A stretch of 63,143 bases of DNA, the filler included, from Bacteriovoracaceae bacterium (GTDB lineage: Bacteria; Bdellovibrionota; Bacteriovoracia; Bacteriovoracales; Bacteriovoracaceae), in NCBI GenBank assembly GCA_018649885.1. It is 4 parts of 4 records of this genome, joined end to end, with 100 filler letters (N's around TTAATTAATTAA, not from the genome) between each part and the next. Parts side by side here need not be neighbours in the genome. Positions count along the whole stretch, not along the records: positions 39,894 to 60,695 come from JABIHA010000009.1; 3 more parts are not named here. One strand, 5' to 3'. This document shows, piece by piece, positions 49,822 to 59,603 of this stretch. Positions within the stretch are counted from its first letter, which is position 1; each line of letters begins with the position of its first letter. The notes below the pieces were generated by a model. The model saw nothing but the letters and a program-made list of their open reading frames with translations. It was not told the origin of the DNA and searched no databases. A program made the translations under genes and the position numbers.

Positions 49822-51375
49822 GTGTTTACAAGGGAGGCTTGGGTGGTTGACTACTTAATATTGGGCAGCGGTCTGTCGGCGCTTTCTTTTGCCGCCTTAA
49901 TGGCCAAATCGGGAAAAAAAGTCAAGTTACTTGAGGCCCACCAGTACCCGGGAGGCTACGGGCACACTTTTTCTCAAGGAAAAAAATATCGATTCAACGC
50001 TCAACTACACTATGTATGGAACTGTGGACAAGGCCAACCAGTCTACCAGATATTAAAAAAACTAGGCCTCCACAAAGAGATCGAGTTTATAAAGCTCAAC
50101 CCCCTGGGATATGACCGCATGAGAATGCCAGGTTACGAGCTAGATATCCCATATGACTACGACCTTCTTGGACATAGGCTATGTGCTCTATTTCCAAGAG
50201 ATAAACAAAATATCCAAAACTTTCTCACTGAAATCCAGCTCATTGGCGAGGCCATTGTGAAATTTGACAGCTCCAAAGGGGCCTTGCACATGGTTAGTCA
50301 TCTAGGTACTTTTTCTCGCCTTTTAAAATATCATCGGGCCACACTACAACAGGTCTTCGATGCCTTTTCCCTCCCGCTCGAGGCCCAAACCCTTTTGGCA
50401 TTGCAGTGGGTGGATTTTTTGCTCCCACCCAATAAGCTATCTATTATTGCTTGGGTGGCCTTATTCACCGGCTATGGAAGAGGGGCCTATTACCCTGCAG
50501 GGCACTTTGAACAAGTCATTGGTGCCCTCGAAAAAATCATTTTGGACAACGGCGGTGAAATTTTCTATGAAAGTAAAGTCATAGATTTTTTGATGGAAGG
50601 CAAACGAGTAACAGGAGTAGTTTCTGAACAGATGAAAACTCCCTTTTCTCAGAATCAACATCACGGTAAAAATATTATTTGCAATTTTGATCCAAAAAAA
50701 GCTGCCGAGATGATTGGTATGAAAAAGTTTTCAAAAAGAGTGAGAAAGCTATTAAATTACGAATACTCCCCCTCAAACTTTATGGCCTATTGCGCTGTTG
50801 AAGGGCTTGATCTACGCCAGTTGGGATTTGGAGGATCAAATTTATTCCACAGCTCTGAAGTGGATTTGAATAAAAGTTTTCATCGCATGTATCAATTAGG
50901 AGATTATAGCGAGCCTAGCTTTGCCATAACAACGCCAAGCCTACACACTAAAACCCCCGGAAGTTGCCCTGAGGGCCAACAAATCATTGAGTTTCTCACC
51001 GTAGCAGATTATCACCGCTTCAAAGATTTGAGAATTAGTTCACGTCAGCTGTACAATCAGAAAAAAGAAGAGATCCTCGATCGAATTATTGATATCACAG
51101 AAAAAAACTATATTCCCAACTTGAGAAAGCACCTTGTTTATAAAATGACAGGGAGTCCAACCACCTCTGAGCGCTTTTGTGGAAGCCCCGTGGGTAATTC
51201 TTATGGATCAAACCTAACACCTGAGAATATGGGTTTTTCTCGTCTGGATCACAAAAGCTCACTTGATAACTTTTTCTTTTGTAATGCCTCATCAGGATAC
51301 GCCGGTTTTGCTGGAACATTTCGAACAGGGGCAAGGCTTTATGAAGTGCTGAGTGGAGACAGTGCTTTCGCATAG
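49822..51375 (+). CDS. Phytoene desaturase/retinol saturase-like FAD oxidoreductase
   Basis: GSGLSAL, EAH..PGG, SPTT..RF..GNSYG. Confidence 0.85.
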   Translation: MFTREAWVVDYLILGSGLSALSFAALMAKSGKKVKLLEAHQYPGGYGHTFSQGKKYRFNAQLHYVWNCGQGQPVYQILKKLGLHKEIEFIKLNPLGYDRMRMPGYELDIPYDYDLLGHRLCALFPRDKQNIQNFLTEIQLIGEAIVKFDSSKGALHMVSHLGTFSRLLKYHRATLQQVFDAFSLPLEAQTLLALQWVDFLLPPNKLSIIAWVALFTGYGRGAYYPAGHFEQVIGALEKIILDNGGEIFYESKVIDFLMEGKRVTGVVSEQMKTPFSQNQHHGKNIICNFDPKKAAEMIGMKKFSKRVRKLLNYEYSPSNFMAYCAVEGLDLRQLGFGGSNLFHSSEVDLNKSFHRMYQLGDYSEPSFAITTPSLHTKTPGSCPEGQQIIEFLTVADYHRFKDLRISSRQLYNQKKEEILDRIIDITEKNYIPNLRKHLVYKMTGSPTTSERFCGSPVGNSYGSNLTPENMGFSRLDHKSSLDNFFFCNASSGYAGFAGTFRTGARLYEVLSGDSAFA

Positions 51376-51383
51376 GAGAAACT

Positions 51384-52649
51384 ATGAAGATTGCCATTAT
51401 TGGAGGAGGAGCAGCAGGGATGGCATGCGCTCATTACCTTGGCCATGACCATCAGGTTACTATTTTTGAAAAATCACCCATTTTAGGTGGCAATATCCGG
51501 ACGCTAGGAAAAAACGTAAAACTTAAAGCTCACACTTTACCCAGTAATCTTTATATTGATAACGGAGTAATTGAATTTGATGAAAAAAATTTCTACGCTT
51601 TCCACTCATTGATGCGAGAGCTCAGTGTAAAAATGGAGTGCATCCCCTTAAACACAGCTTTTTTCTTTAGATCGGGGAAGTACCTACTAAGTCCTTCACG
51701 AATTTTTGCCAGTGTTCCCAGTTTTTGGGGAAAACTCGTGGAATTTAGTAAACTTTTTTTCACTATGCTCGATCTTCAATGGTTTATGCTTAGAACCCTT
51801 TTTAAAAGAAAAAAAGATTATGAAAACATTCCTATTGGTGTTTTTTTTAAAGAACATATTTTTCACTGGTGGTTGAAAATGCTCTTGATGTACTCCTATT
51901 CCATTTCATACAATAAAATTGACCAAGTCCCCGCAGCTCTCGGTGTCCCCATGTTAAGATCATGTATGGCCTTCACAAAGTGGAACCGGATAGTTGGAGG
52001 AGTCTACACATATATTGAAAAAATTCTGGAAGGATTTCCTGGTGAAATTCTTACAAGTGTTCAAATTACCAGTGTAACTAGAAATGCTGCAGGAGTAACG
52101 ATTACGATTCAAGACAGAGAAGAGGAAAGTTTTGATGCCGTTGTCTTCGCCACTCCTCCACATGTGGTTTTAGAGCTTCTAAAAGATCCAAATCAAGAAG
52201 AAAAGAAACGATTTGAGGGATGGAAAGAAAATATTGCCCACACCGTGATTCATACTGATACTTCTATCTATGGCCCATATGGAATAAAATATCTTTCGGC
52301 CTTTGACCTTTTCCAAAAAGAAAAAGGCGATGCAGGATATAATGCATTTTTAAATGGGCTGTTGGGTTTAGATCCCGATGCTATTGTAAAATACAACCTT
52401 TCATTTAATATGGAAGATCGAATCGACTCAAAAAAAATCATTCATACCCAAGAACATCACACCCCTCTCTATACCGTAGAAGGTCTTAAACACCGAGACC
52501 AGATCATCGCCTCTAATGGAGAAAACCATACCTTTCATGCGGGTGCCTACCTATATGACGGATTACATGAAGGCGCGATTCGTTCAGCACTCGCAGTGAA
52601 AGAAAAAATTGCTCAATTGAGTTCTAGCTATGGTAATTTGAAGTCGTAG
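51384..52649 (+). CDS. FAD-dependent oxidoreductase (COG2907-like)
   Basis: IIGGGAAG, LGGN.RT, IHTD, GAYLYDGLHEGA. Confidence 0.85.
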   Translation: MKIAIIGGGAAGMACAHYLGHDHQVTIFEKSPILGGNIRTLGKNVKLKAHTLPSNLYIDNGVIEFDEKNFYAFHSLMRELSVKMECIPLNTAFFFRSGKYLLSPSRIFASVPSFWGKLVEFSKLFFTMLDLQWFMLRTLFKRKKDYENIPIGVFFKEHIFHWWLKMLLMYSYSISYNKIDQVPAALGVPMLRSCMAFTKWNRIVGGVYTYIEKILEGFPGEILTSVQITSVTRNAAGVTITIQDREEESFDAVVFATPPHVVLELLKDPNQEEKKRFEGWKENIAHTVIHTDTSIYGPYGIKYLSAFDLFQKEKGDAGYNAFLNGLLGLDPDAIVKYNLSFNMEDRIDSKKIIHTQEHHTPLYTVEGLKHRDQIIASNGENHTFHAGAYLYDGLHEGAIRSALAVKEKIAQLSSSYGNLKS

Positions 52650-52705
52650 CTCAAGTTATTTTTGACAATTAGGCGTGTGTTAATTGCTGAACCTTACAAA
52701 GCTAA

Positions 52706-52981
52706 TTATGGCATAAATCGACACTTCATTGATTTCCGATTTACAGAAAAAAGACAATACAGAAATATAAAATAAGGGATAAGTATGATGAATGAGATCA
52801 CATATGGTGTGCCAAATAAATAGGTTATTCCAAATGGAAAGAGTAGCGCCGAAAAAAGTGCTATCAAAACCATGATGATTCTCTTAATTATAAGAAGCAA
52901 CTTGAGAATCCAGCTCAATTTAGTATCGAGAGAAACCCCAGGCTTCCTATCACCCCACAGTTTACGATGCTGCAGTTCCAT
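52706..52981 (-). CDS. Small two-TM hypothetical protein
   Basis: 91-aa hydrophobic ORF 9 nt downstream of the CRP/FNR gene. Confidence 0.55.
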   Translation of the reverse strand: MELQHRKLWGDRKPGVSLDTKLSWILKLLLIIKRIIMVLIALFSALLFPFGITYLFGTPYVISFIILIPYFIFLYCLFSVNRKSMKCRFMP

Positions 52982-52990
52982 ACTCTGCCC

Positions 52991-53848
52991 CTAGTTTTTG
53001 GAATACTCTAGCAATCGATCTAGGTCATTTATAATTATTCTCTTTTCTATTTGTGATATTATATTTTCATTTCGAAATTCCGTTAAAAAGCGGATGGCCG
53101 TTTCACAAGAAGTGCCAATTATTGAGCTCAAATTCTCCCTTGACAACCATAAATCAAAGCCTTTTTCGGCAAAGTTTTCTTCTGAAGATCTCTGTTCATC
53201 TTCAAAAAGTTCTATTAGCAGTGAAGCCATTCTTTGCCTTACATTTTTTTGATTTCTTGAAATATATTTCTCTCTTAGCTCTTGAGTCTCATTGATAAGC
53301 GATTTATAAATAAAGTTTGAAACTGCTTGGCTTTTATCCATCAAATTTTTCATGACACGATAATCTAAAAAAACTACTGTGGAGTTTTTTAAACAAGTTG
53401 CTGTTGTGGTGTGACAACCATAATCAAACAACCATTCATGGCCAATGATACTCCCCGTCCTCAGGAGCCGGATAATGCACTCATTCCCATTTTTACTTAA
53501 TTGAGAAATTTTAAATACACCACTTTCTAAATAAAAAACTCCAAAGGCTGGTCCACCCTGAACAAAAATGTTCTGTCCTTTACGGTAGTTATTCTTAACT
53601 CCCAATACTTCAATTTCCTTAATAAGCTCGTGGTCATCGATATCTAGAATATTTTTTCTAACTGGCATGCTCCTCGGTGGCAACATTGTAATATTCGACG
53701 TCTGCTCACTTTGATAGGGAAATTGGGGGTAGTCATTAAAACCTTTTTTTGCGGGTATTTTATTTGGCATAGTAATCCTTTTGAATTTTTGAGTTTCATA
53801 TGTGGCAATGTAACTCTTATTAAACCTATCCTTCACCACCAAGTTCAC
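52991..53848 (-). CDS. CRP/FNR-family transcriptional regulator (true start uncertain)
   Basis: cNMP-like domain (YRKGQNIFVQG, SGVFKI, GSIIG), VRQRMA, LSRENLSSIIGTSCETAIRFL HTH. Confidence 0.92.
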   Translation of the reverse strand: MNLVVKDRFNKSYIATYETQKFKRITMPNKIPAKKGFNDYPQFPYQSEQTSNITMLPPRSMPVRKNILDIDDHELIKEIEVLGVKNNYRKGQNIFVQGGPAFGVFYLESGVFKISQLSKNGNECIIRLLRTGSIIGHEWLFDYGCHTTTATCLKNSTVVFLDYRVMKNLMDKSQAVSNFIYKSLINETQELREKYISRNQKNVRQRMASLLIELFEDEQRSSEENFAEKGFDLWLSRENLSSIIGTSCETAIRFLTEFRNENIISQIEKRIIINDLDRLLEYSKN

Positions 53849-54011
53849 AATAATATAATTTATCTATCTCATCTTCAAAAACATAAGTCGATATCACCTG
53901 TTTTTCCTCGTGACATAAATCACATACTCCAATATGAGAAAAATCAAACTCTAAATCTTGAATGCAACATTCCTCACAAATCTCCATATTTCCCTCAACT
54001 TTGTACTGCAA
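53826..54011 (-). CDS. Tiny acidic Cys-rich (Zn-ribbon-like) protein
   Basis: CEEC..CDLC motif, in line with neighbouring minus-strand genes. Confidence 0.55.
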   Translation of the reverse strand: MQYKVEGNMEICEECCIQDLEFDFSHIGVCDLCHEEKQVISTYVFEDEIDKLYYCELGGEG

Positions 54012-54049
54012 AAGAGATAGGGGGAATATTTTGATCGCTTTTTAATCCA

Positions 54050-54460
54050 CTATATCCAAGCCCTATGTAAATCTCCTTGTGAAAAATCCTTTTTTATTTT
54101 CAATTCTTTTTCAAATGTTTTGCTTTCAATGGTATTGTCATGGTCAAGTTCGCTTATTTCGTGGCGATTTTCTTGGGCAATTTGCCATTCCACACTTCCC
54201 ATTATCTTTGAGAATAGGTTTTTTAAAGAAATATCTTTTGCAAAGGAAAAAATATTTTGTGGAATCACTTTTAAAACACCAGTGTAAATGTCATCTCTTT
54301 TTGAGAGTGAAAAATTTATCTTATCTCCAGGTGCTATTTTTCTTTGTATTTTCGTAAGAACTTTTTTTATATAGTCGCTTTCGTTATTTGTAAAAACCAT
54401 ATCATCATTTTTTAATCTAGAGTTGGTATTATAGTGGTTATCGTAATTCGACCTTTTCAT
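54050..54460 (-). CDS. Hypothetical protein, possibly HPF/RaiA (S30AE)-fold
   Basis: Helix, three strands, then LFSKIMGSVEWQI helix; coupled to the upstream ORF. Confidence 0.4.
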   Translation of the reverse strand: MKRSNYDNHYNTNSRLKNDDMVFTNNESDYIKKVLTKIQRKIAPGDKINFSLSKRDDIYTGVLKVIPQNIFSFAKDISLKNLFSKIMGSVEWQIAQENRHEISELDHDNTIESKTFEKELKIKKDFSQGDLHRAWI

Positions 54461-54675
54461 TTTCTTCTCCTATGACCATAATCGTTTTGGGGGTCGTACC
54501 AGTCATGAATGAAAGGATCTCCATAATAGGATGAATTACAAGAATCCTTCCGAGTGAAATCTTCCAGTATCTTGTCATGGTGTTTTTTGACTGGAGATTC
54601 CTTAATTGAAGTATTGATTTTATCGAATATCTTTCTTAACTTGATATAGATAATTAACATGCTAATTCCGAACAT
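54457..54675 (-). CDS. Small hypothetical protein
   Basis: AGGAA upstream; ATGA overlap with the next gene. Confidence 0.5.
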   Translation of the reverse strand: MFGISMLIIYIKLRKIFDKINTSIKESPVKKHHDKILEDFTRKDSCNSSYYGDPFIHDWYDPQNDYGHRRRK

Positions 54676-54701
54676 CTCATATTCCTTGCCCTCAATTTAT
54701 T

Positions 54702-54728
54702 AAAAGGGAGAGCAAAACCGCCCTCCCC
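54702..54728 (-). terminator. Probable terminator after the 80-aa ORF
   Basis: Minus strand GGGAGGGC-ggtttt-GCTCTCCC-TTTT. Confidence 0.6.
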
Positions 54729-54747
54729 CTTACTCTTTTTAAGACAA

Positions 54748-54990
54748 TCAAAAAAGACATAAACTTTGAGTGATCAATTTTAACAGGCCAATATCAGCAT
54801 CCGATCTGACAATCCTTCTCTTAGTTTCTTGGTTTTTTATTCTCTCATTTTTTGAACCACCGGCTTCCCTGTCATACTTTTCATACAAACTCCTGGCCGC
54901 ATCATACTCCCCAAATAACTCATGACATTCAATGGCCTCTAAGATAGAGCGATTGTAAAACGTTTCCATGTCCCCTCCTATTTTCTTCAA
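54748..54990 (-). CDS. Small hypothetical protein (probable start ATG at 54969)
   Basis: AGGAGG RBS before METFYN; lies directly behind the sigma-54 promoter. Confidence 0.65.
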   Translation of the reverse strand: MKKIGGDMETFYNRSILEAIECHELFGEYDAARSLYEKYDREAGGSKNERIKNQETKRRIVRSDADIGLLKLITQSLCLF

Positions 54991-55003
54991 TGCTCATAAG
55001 TAA

Positions 55004-55020
55004 AGCAATCGCCGTGCCAA
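55004..55020 (-). promoter_or_regulatory. Sigma-54 -24/-12 promoter
   Basis: Minus strand TTGGCACGGCGATTGCT matches YTGGCACGNNNNTTGCW exactly. Confidence 0.88.
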
Positions 55021-55453
55021 TCATAAGCTATGAGTAAGTTCAGTTACTTGTAAAAATTTAATTGCACTTGGTCAGTCAAATGTGTTCCTGATTTTCATCA
55101 TGCTGCTTAAATTTTCTCTTCACTAGGAAATGACTTCATCGTTCACTAAGTGTCATAAAGGATCATCTAATCGCTCAGACTCAACTAAAGTTGACATTTT
55201 TTAATAATAATCAAAGATAAATTCAACTTTCGAAGAAATAACTGCAAACAAAAAAAATGTTTTTCCTTATTTTTACATCGAAAATTTATTTATCTAAATT
55301 GTTAAAAAGATGAATATTAGATTATTAGTGACAATCATTTTAAAAGTAGATGACTAATGTCAAAAAATCGTATCATGGTCGATACAACTTGAATCAAATT
55401 TGTGTTTAGTTGTTAAATCGAGTATTGATAGCTATCTTACCGATTAACTTATT

Positions 55454-56491
55454 TTGGAGGCAATTCGAGCTGTGGTCGAACTTGAAATAGAAAATCACTT
55501 TGGAAATATATTATATTCAAAATCGAATGGAATGAAATCTGTTATTGAAAAAGTATTATCAGTTGCCCAAACAGATTCAACAGTATTATTAACTGGCGAA
55601 TCAGGGACTGGCAAAACGATGTTTGCCAAGAAGATACATGAACTTAGCAAAAGAAAAAAAAACGAATTTGTAAGTATTCATTGTGGAGCAATACCAGATA
55701 CTTTAGTCGAAAGTGAATTCTTCGGACATGAAAAAGGCTCATTTACAGGTGCTATTAAGAAAAAATTCGGAAAGTTTGAGTTAGCAAATGGAGGGACAAT
55801 ATTTCTAGATGAAATCGGGACGATTTCCAGAGCTACCCAAGTCCGGCTACTTCACGTACTACAAGAGCGATTTATTCAAAGGGTTGGAGGTGAGGTTAAT
55901 ATAGATTTAGATATTCGAATCATTGCTGCAACCAATAGTGATTTAAAACGCAGAGTTATCGATAAGACTTTTCGAGAAGACCTCTACTTTAGACTTAATG
56001 TCTTTGAAATTCATATTCCACCTCTGAGGGAGCGTATTGAGGATATTGAGGACCTATCACTTGCTATTTTAAAGCGTCTTGATGATGTATATGGAAAAGG
56101 GATTAGAGATACTTCAACTAATGTTAAAAAGGCTTTTAAGCACTACTCATGGCCAGGAAATATCAGGGAAATGGAAAACTTGATTGAGAGGGCATATATA
56201 CTTGAGAGCTCTCAAATTCTTAATTCGAAACATTTTCCTACGAGTATCTTCGAAACAAGGCCTTTTTCAAAATCTAGAATTGGGATATTTCCATCTTTGA
56301 ACCTAAGCAAAGCAAGAAAAAATGCTCTTGACTCATTTGAGGTTAGATATATTCGAGAACTTTTAGAAAAAACTGAGGGGAACTTACAAAAAGCTTCCAT
56401 AGAATCAGGGGTAAGTGTTCGACAGCTTCAAAAGTTAATATCAAAAAATAAAATTAACAGAAAAAATTATGTCGCTAACTCTAGTATCTAA
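55454..56491 (+). CDS. Sigma-54-dependent activator (AAA+ and Fis HTH) lacking an N-terminal sensory domain
   Basis: [36 protein letters not shown]-terminal HTH; AAA domain begins ~15 aa after the start. Confidence 0.93.
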   Translation: MEAIRAVVELEIENHFGNILYSKSNGMKSVIEKVLSVAQTDSTVLLTGESGTGKTMFAKKIHELSKRKKNEFVSIHCGAIPDTLVESEFFGHEKGSFTGAIKKKFGKFELANGGTIFLDEIGTISRATQVRLLHVLQERFIQRVGGEVNIDLDIRIIAATNSDLKRRVIDKTFREDLYFRLNVFEIHIPPLRERIEDIEDLSLAILKRLDDVYGKGIRDTSTNVKKAFKHYSWPGNIREMENLIERAYILESSQILNSKHFPTSIFETRPFSKSRIGIFPSLNLSKARKNALDSFEVRYIRELLEKTEGNLQKASIESGVSVRQLQKLISKNKINRKNYVANSSI

Positions 56492-56621
56492 AAATCTCAA
56501 CCAAAAAATTCAAATATTTTGATGATTTAGAGTGAGGAGAAGCTCAATTCTGACCACTATCAATTCTAATTTTGAGATCATTCATATTGCTTTTATGTTT
56601 TTAGTGTCTAGAATAGCACTT

Positions 56622-57365
56622 GTTTGAAGGTAGCGAAGCTAGCTGATCCTCCGTAGGTGTAAGTCCTACCGAAAAAGGGGTCTCATGATTTTCGCGACTT
56701 CCACCACAGGTTGAGAAGGCGACTTTTTAATTTGATGCTGGTGAGTGAGGGTCAAACCTCGGAAGTCAATCAACAGGTTGTAGCTAAAGCGAACCCGTTT
56801 ACCTTGATGAGTGCTGAGTCTTTTTCAAACGAGACGAAAGCTCATACTGCTTACTAAGCCATGAGACATGTGCAGTAGGTGGATTCTTCAAGGATAAGGG
56901 ATGACATGTTGAGAAGGATGATCAGTGAAAGCTCGGAACTGCTTAAAAGTTTGGGAAGAAGATCAATATTTTTCCCAATAGCAATGGAGATAAGGTTCTA
57001 TTTTTAGCGAAATGGAAGTTGAAACCTCTTTTTGTACGCTTTTAAGTAGGGCAGTTGAGATCGCCAAGTGTTGACGCTAAGAAAAACGAAAACTTAGTTG
57101 AGCGAGGATCTCATGAGTACGATTGGAGGATTCCTTCTTCCGATTCTAATGGCGGTACTTGAGCGTAAGCGATGGTACGAAGGGCGATGGTAAGGTGAAC
57201 GTTTTTTGGTGTATGTGTTGATCCACTTAAACTAAAAGGCTGAGTTGAAAGCTACGTCTGAAATGTCAACTCAACAGCCGTACTGGGGAAAACCTAATGT
57301 GCGGTAAAAAAGGAAAGGAGGCGGGGGATTTGTTTCGTTACAGTCCCCCACCATCTCTCCTTTCA
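56622..57365 (+). ncRNA. ORF-less group II intron (ribozyme), bacterial class E-like
   Basis: 5' GTTTG..GCGAAGCTAGCTGATCC pairs with GATCAGTGAAAGCT (56920-56933); domain V CAGCCGTACTGGGGAAAACCTAATGTGCGGTA (57275-57306) with AGC triad, GAAA loop and AT bulge; domain VI hairpin; no RT ORF. Confidence 0.83.
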
Positions 57366-57639
57366 AAAAAAAACAGACCTCTGCTTTGGATTCCATCTTT
57401 TGTATTTTCGAAAAAACCACTAGAGTTATTGATCATTTAAACTACGACTTTTTATACTCACCTGATCAAGGTTAACTTCAGACCACGAATATATTTCACA
57501 GCTGTCAATTGATTAATGGGCATAGTTTAAGAACTCTTGTTGAGTATAATCACAAATACATTTGATGGATTTTAGAGACAAGCCTTCCATCCCCCCTTAA
57601 AAGCTTCAAATACTTTTTAAACTTGGTAAAGGAGTTTTT

Positions 57640-58164
57640 ATGCCACTTGAAAATATTATCCGAAGGGATGTGATATCAATATCAGTCAACGGAACAATGA
57701 AAGAAGCAGCTAACCTCATGCATCAAAATCATGTAGGTATGATTGTTGTATTGGGCAAATCCCATGGAATTAGAAAAATACCTGTTGGAATTCTTACCGA
57801 TCGCGATATTGTTAAATCTATTGCACAAAGTGATAATTTCAATCCCAATTGTTTAGTAGCAGATATAATGAACCCAAACATCTTCATGTGCGGCCCAGAT
57901 GATGGGATTTACGATACCATAAGAAAAATGAATAAAAATGGCATAAGACGGATTCCAGTTGTAAACAAAAAGGAAAATTTGGTAGGAATAGTTGCATCAG
58001 ATGATTTAATTAAACTATTAAGCGAAGAACTGAGTGAACTTTCACAAATTATTCCAAATAATTCCGATATAAAAAGAGATGTTAGCAAAATAAGCGAAAC
58101 ACAAAAAAGAGTTGGTAAATCACATACAAGACCTGTTTCAAGCCGGTCAATACTATTTAAATAA
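57640..58164 (+). CDS. CBS-domain pair protein
   Basis: GILTDRDIV, IRRIPVV..LVGIV; AGGAG RBS. Confidence 0.93.
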   Translation: MPLENIIRRDVISISVNGTMKEAANLMHQNHVGMIVVLGKSHGIRKIPVGILTDRDIVKSIAQSDNFNPNCLVADIMNPNIFMCGPDDGIYDTIRKMNKNGIRRIPVVNKKENLVGIVASDDLIKLLSEELSELSQIIPNNSDIKRDVSKISETQKRVGKSHTRPVSSRSILFK

Positions 58165-58247
58165 CATATCGTGAAAAAAACTGAACGATATCAACTTAGA
58201 GTACTAAAACAACAAATTTAAAAATCAATAATAATGAGGGAGTAATT

Positions 58248-58481
58248 ATGTCCGTTTTAAATCAATTTAAAGTAAGATGGCCAAAAGAAATATGTCGTTT
58301 TGAAAAAAAACAGGTCTGTAAAACAAGGATAAAAAGAAAGTGCTGTTCTTGTGGTGCGTATTTCTCAGTCAAAAAAAGACAAAGTAAATACTGTTTTGAT
58401 TGTCAAAAAAACATTGGCAAACTAAAGCTGGTCCCAATAGATACGATGAATTTAAAAACAGCACAAGGAGTTTCAACGTAG
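58248..58481 (+). CDS. Small basic Zn-ribbon protein
   Basis: GGGAG RBS; CCSC..YCFDC. Confidence 0.6.
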   Translation: MSVLNQFKVRWPKEICRFEKKQVCKTRIKRKCCSCGAYFSVKKRQSKYCFDCQKNIGKLKLVPIDTMNLKTAQGVST

Positions 58482-59034
58482 ATTGAAAATAAAACATGGC
58501 AACAGATATTTTTTATTTCACTTACATATTAATTCTAAGAATAGTAACTTTTAACTCAATGGAGAGAGGAATGCAGAACAAAGGAATGTTCATTCATATT
58601 TTAATAAGTAACTTTTTGGGAGTTGGGGGGAAGCAGCTTTCCGTGGGAAATGGTATCAACGAATTGGTCAAAATACTGTCCCAGATCTTTTCTGGGAATT
58701 TGCAATCACAAAGTACCACCATAATCACCTCAAAGAAAAAAATTTTCGAGGCCCTGTCCTTCATTTGCTGGAGCTGTGAGAAAATTTCCGATAAAATGGA
58801 TTTACCTCTACTACTTCACAAACTCATCACCAACATTGCCATAACCCTCCCCTCAACTTACAAAACAAAGAATTATCAGAAGTTAAGGTTTTCTTATTTA
58901 AAATACATAGAAATCATTCGAGTTGGGTTCAAACAAATTACAAACAAAATACAAATTGAGAAAAGTCATTTCTTGTTAGTATTTAAAAAGATATTTTTCA
59001 CAGATAGGTTGAAGCATCTTAAAGGGAGTATTTA

Positions 59035-59256
59035 ATGGGAGCTAAAAACTATATTTTCAAAAAAAAACATCAAAATAATTTACAGCATGAAATTGCTTCG
59101 CAAGGAGAGGGTGCAAGATCTCATCTAAAAAAAGCAAAGAAAGCAAAACGGATAAGTTGTAACCTTTGCAATAAAAGATTTCAACCTGGTAGCCGATTTG
59201 AAAGATTTTGCAAAACCTGTAAAGATGAAAACGAGTACTATCTCGACAGCTACTAG
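59035..59256 (+). CDS. Small basic Zn-ribbon protein
   Basis: GGGAG RBS; CNLCNKRF..ERFCKTCK. Confidence 0.7.
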   Translation: MGAKNYIFKKKHQNNLQHEIASQGEGARSHLKKAKKAKRISCNLCNKRFQPGSRFERFCKTCKDENEYYLDSY

Positions 59257-59293
59257 TTGTAGGATGGTTATTGCGGCGAGAGTGGCTAGAACT

Positions 59294-59330
59294 GGGGCAA
59301 TGGTCATATTAAACCCATTCCCCTTTTTTT
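59294..59330 (+). terminator. Probable terminator
   Basis: GGGGCAATGG..CCATTCCCC followed by T-tract. Confidence 0.55.
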
Positions 59331-59603
59331 ATTTTCTTCCACGAAAATTTAGGTGATGGAAATGAATCATTTCATAAAGATATATCTGCAAAGGTACTAT
59401 TTCCATTTTTTTTCTTTCTGGATTTTTACTTTAAGGACAAACTCCCCACCCTCAAATTGATCAATATCATAATTCATTTGATTATTGTCATTTCTTTTTT
59501 AATTGATCTGCCTTCTACTATATCAGTAAAGAATGAGAGATGAATTTCTGAAATTGACTATTTGAAGGCCATGAGAAAACCGAAATGGATGTGGGGGTAG
59601 AAA

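Noticed and set aside
57066..57073. AAGTGTTG complementary to the intron 5' flank TAGCACTT (possible EBS-IBS pairing)
   Set aside because: It lies in predicted domain III, not domain I where EBS elements reside; probably coincidental
58496..59035. 179-aa plus-strand ORF
   Set aside because: No recognisable motif or RBS; the opposite strand has an RBS-ATG followed by a broken frame, so either could be spurious or decayed; not callable
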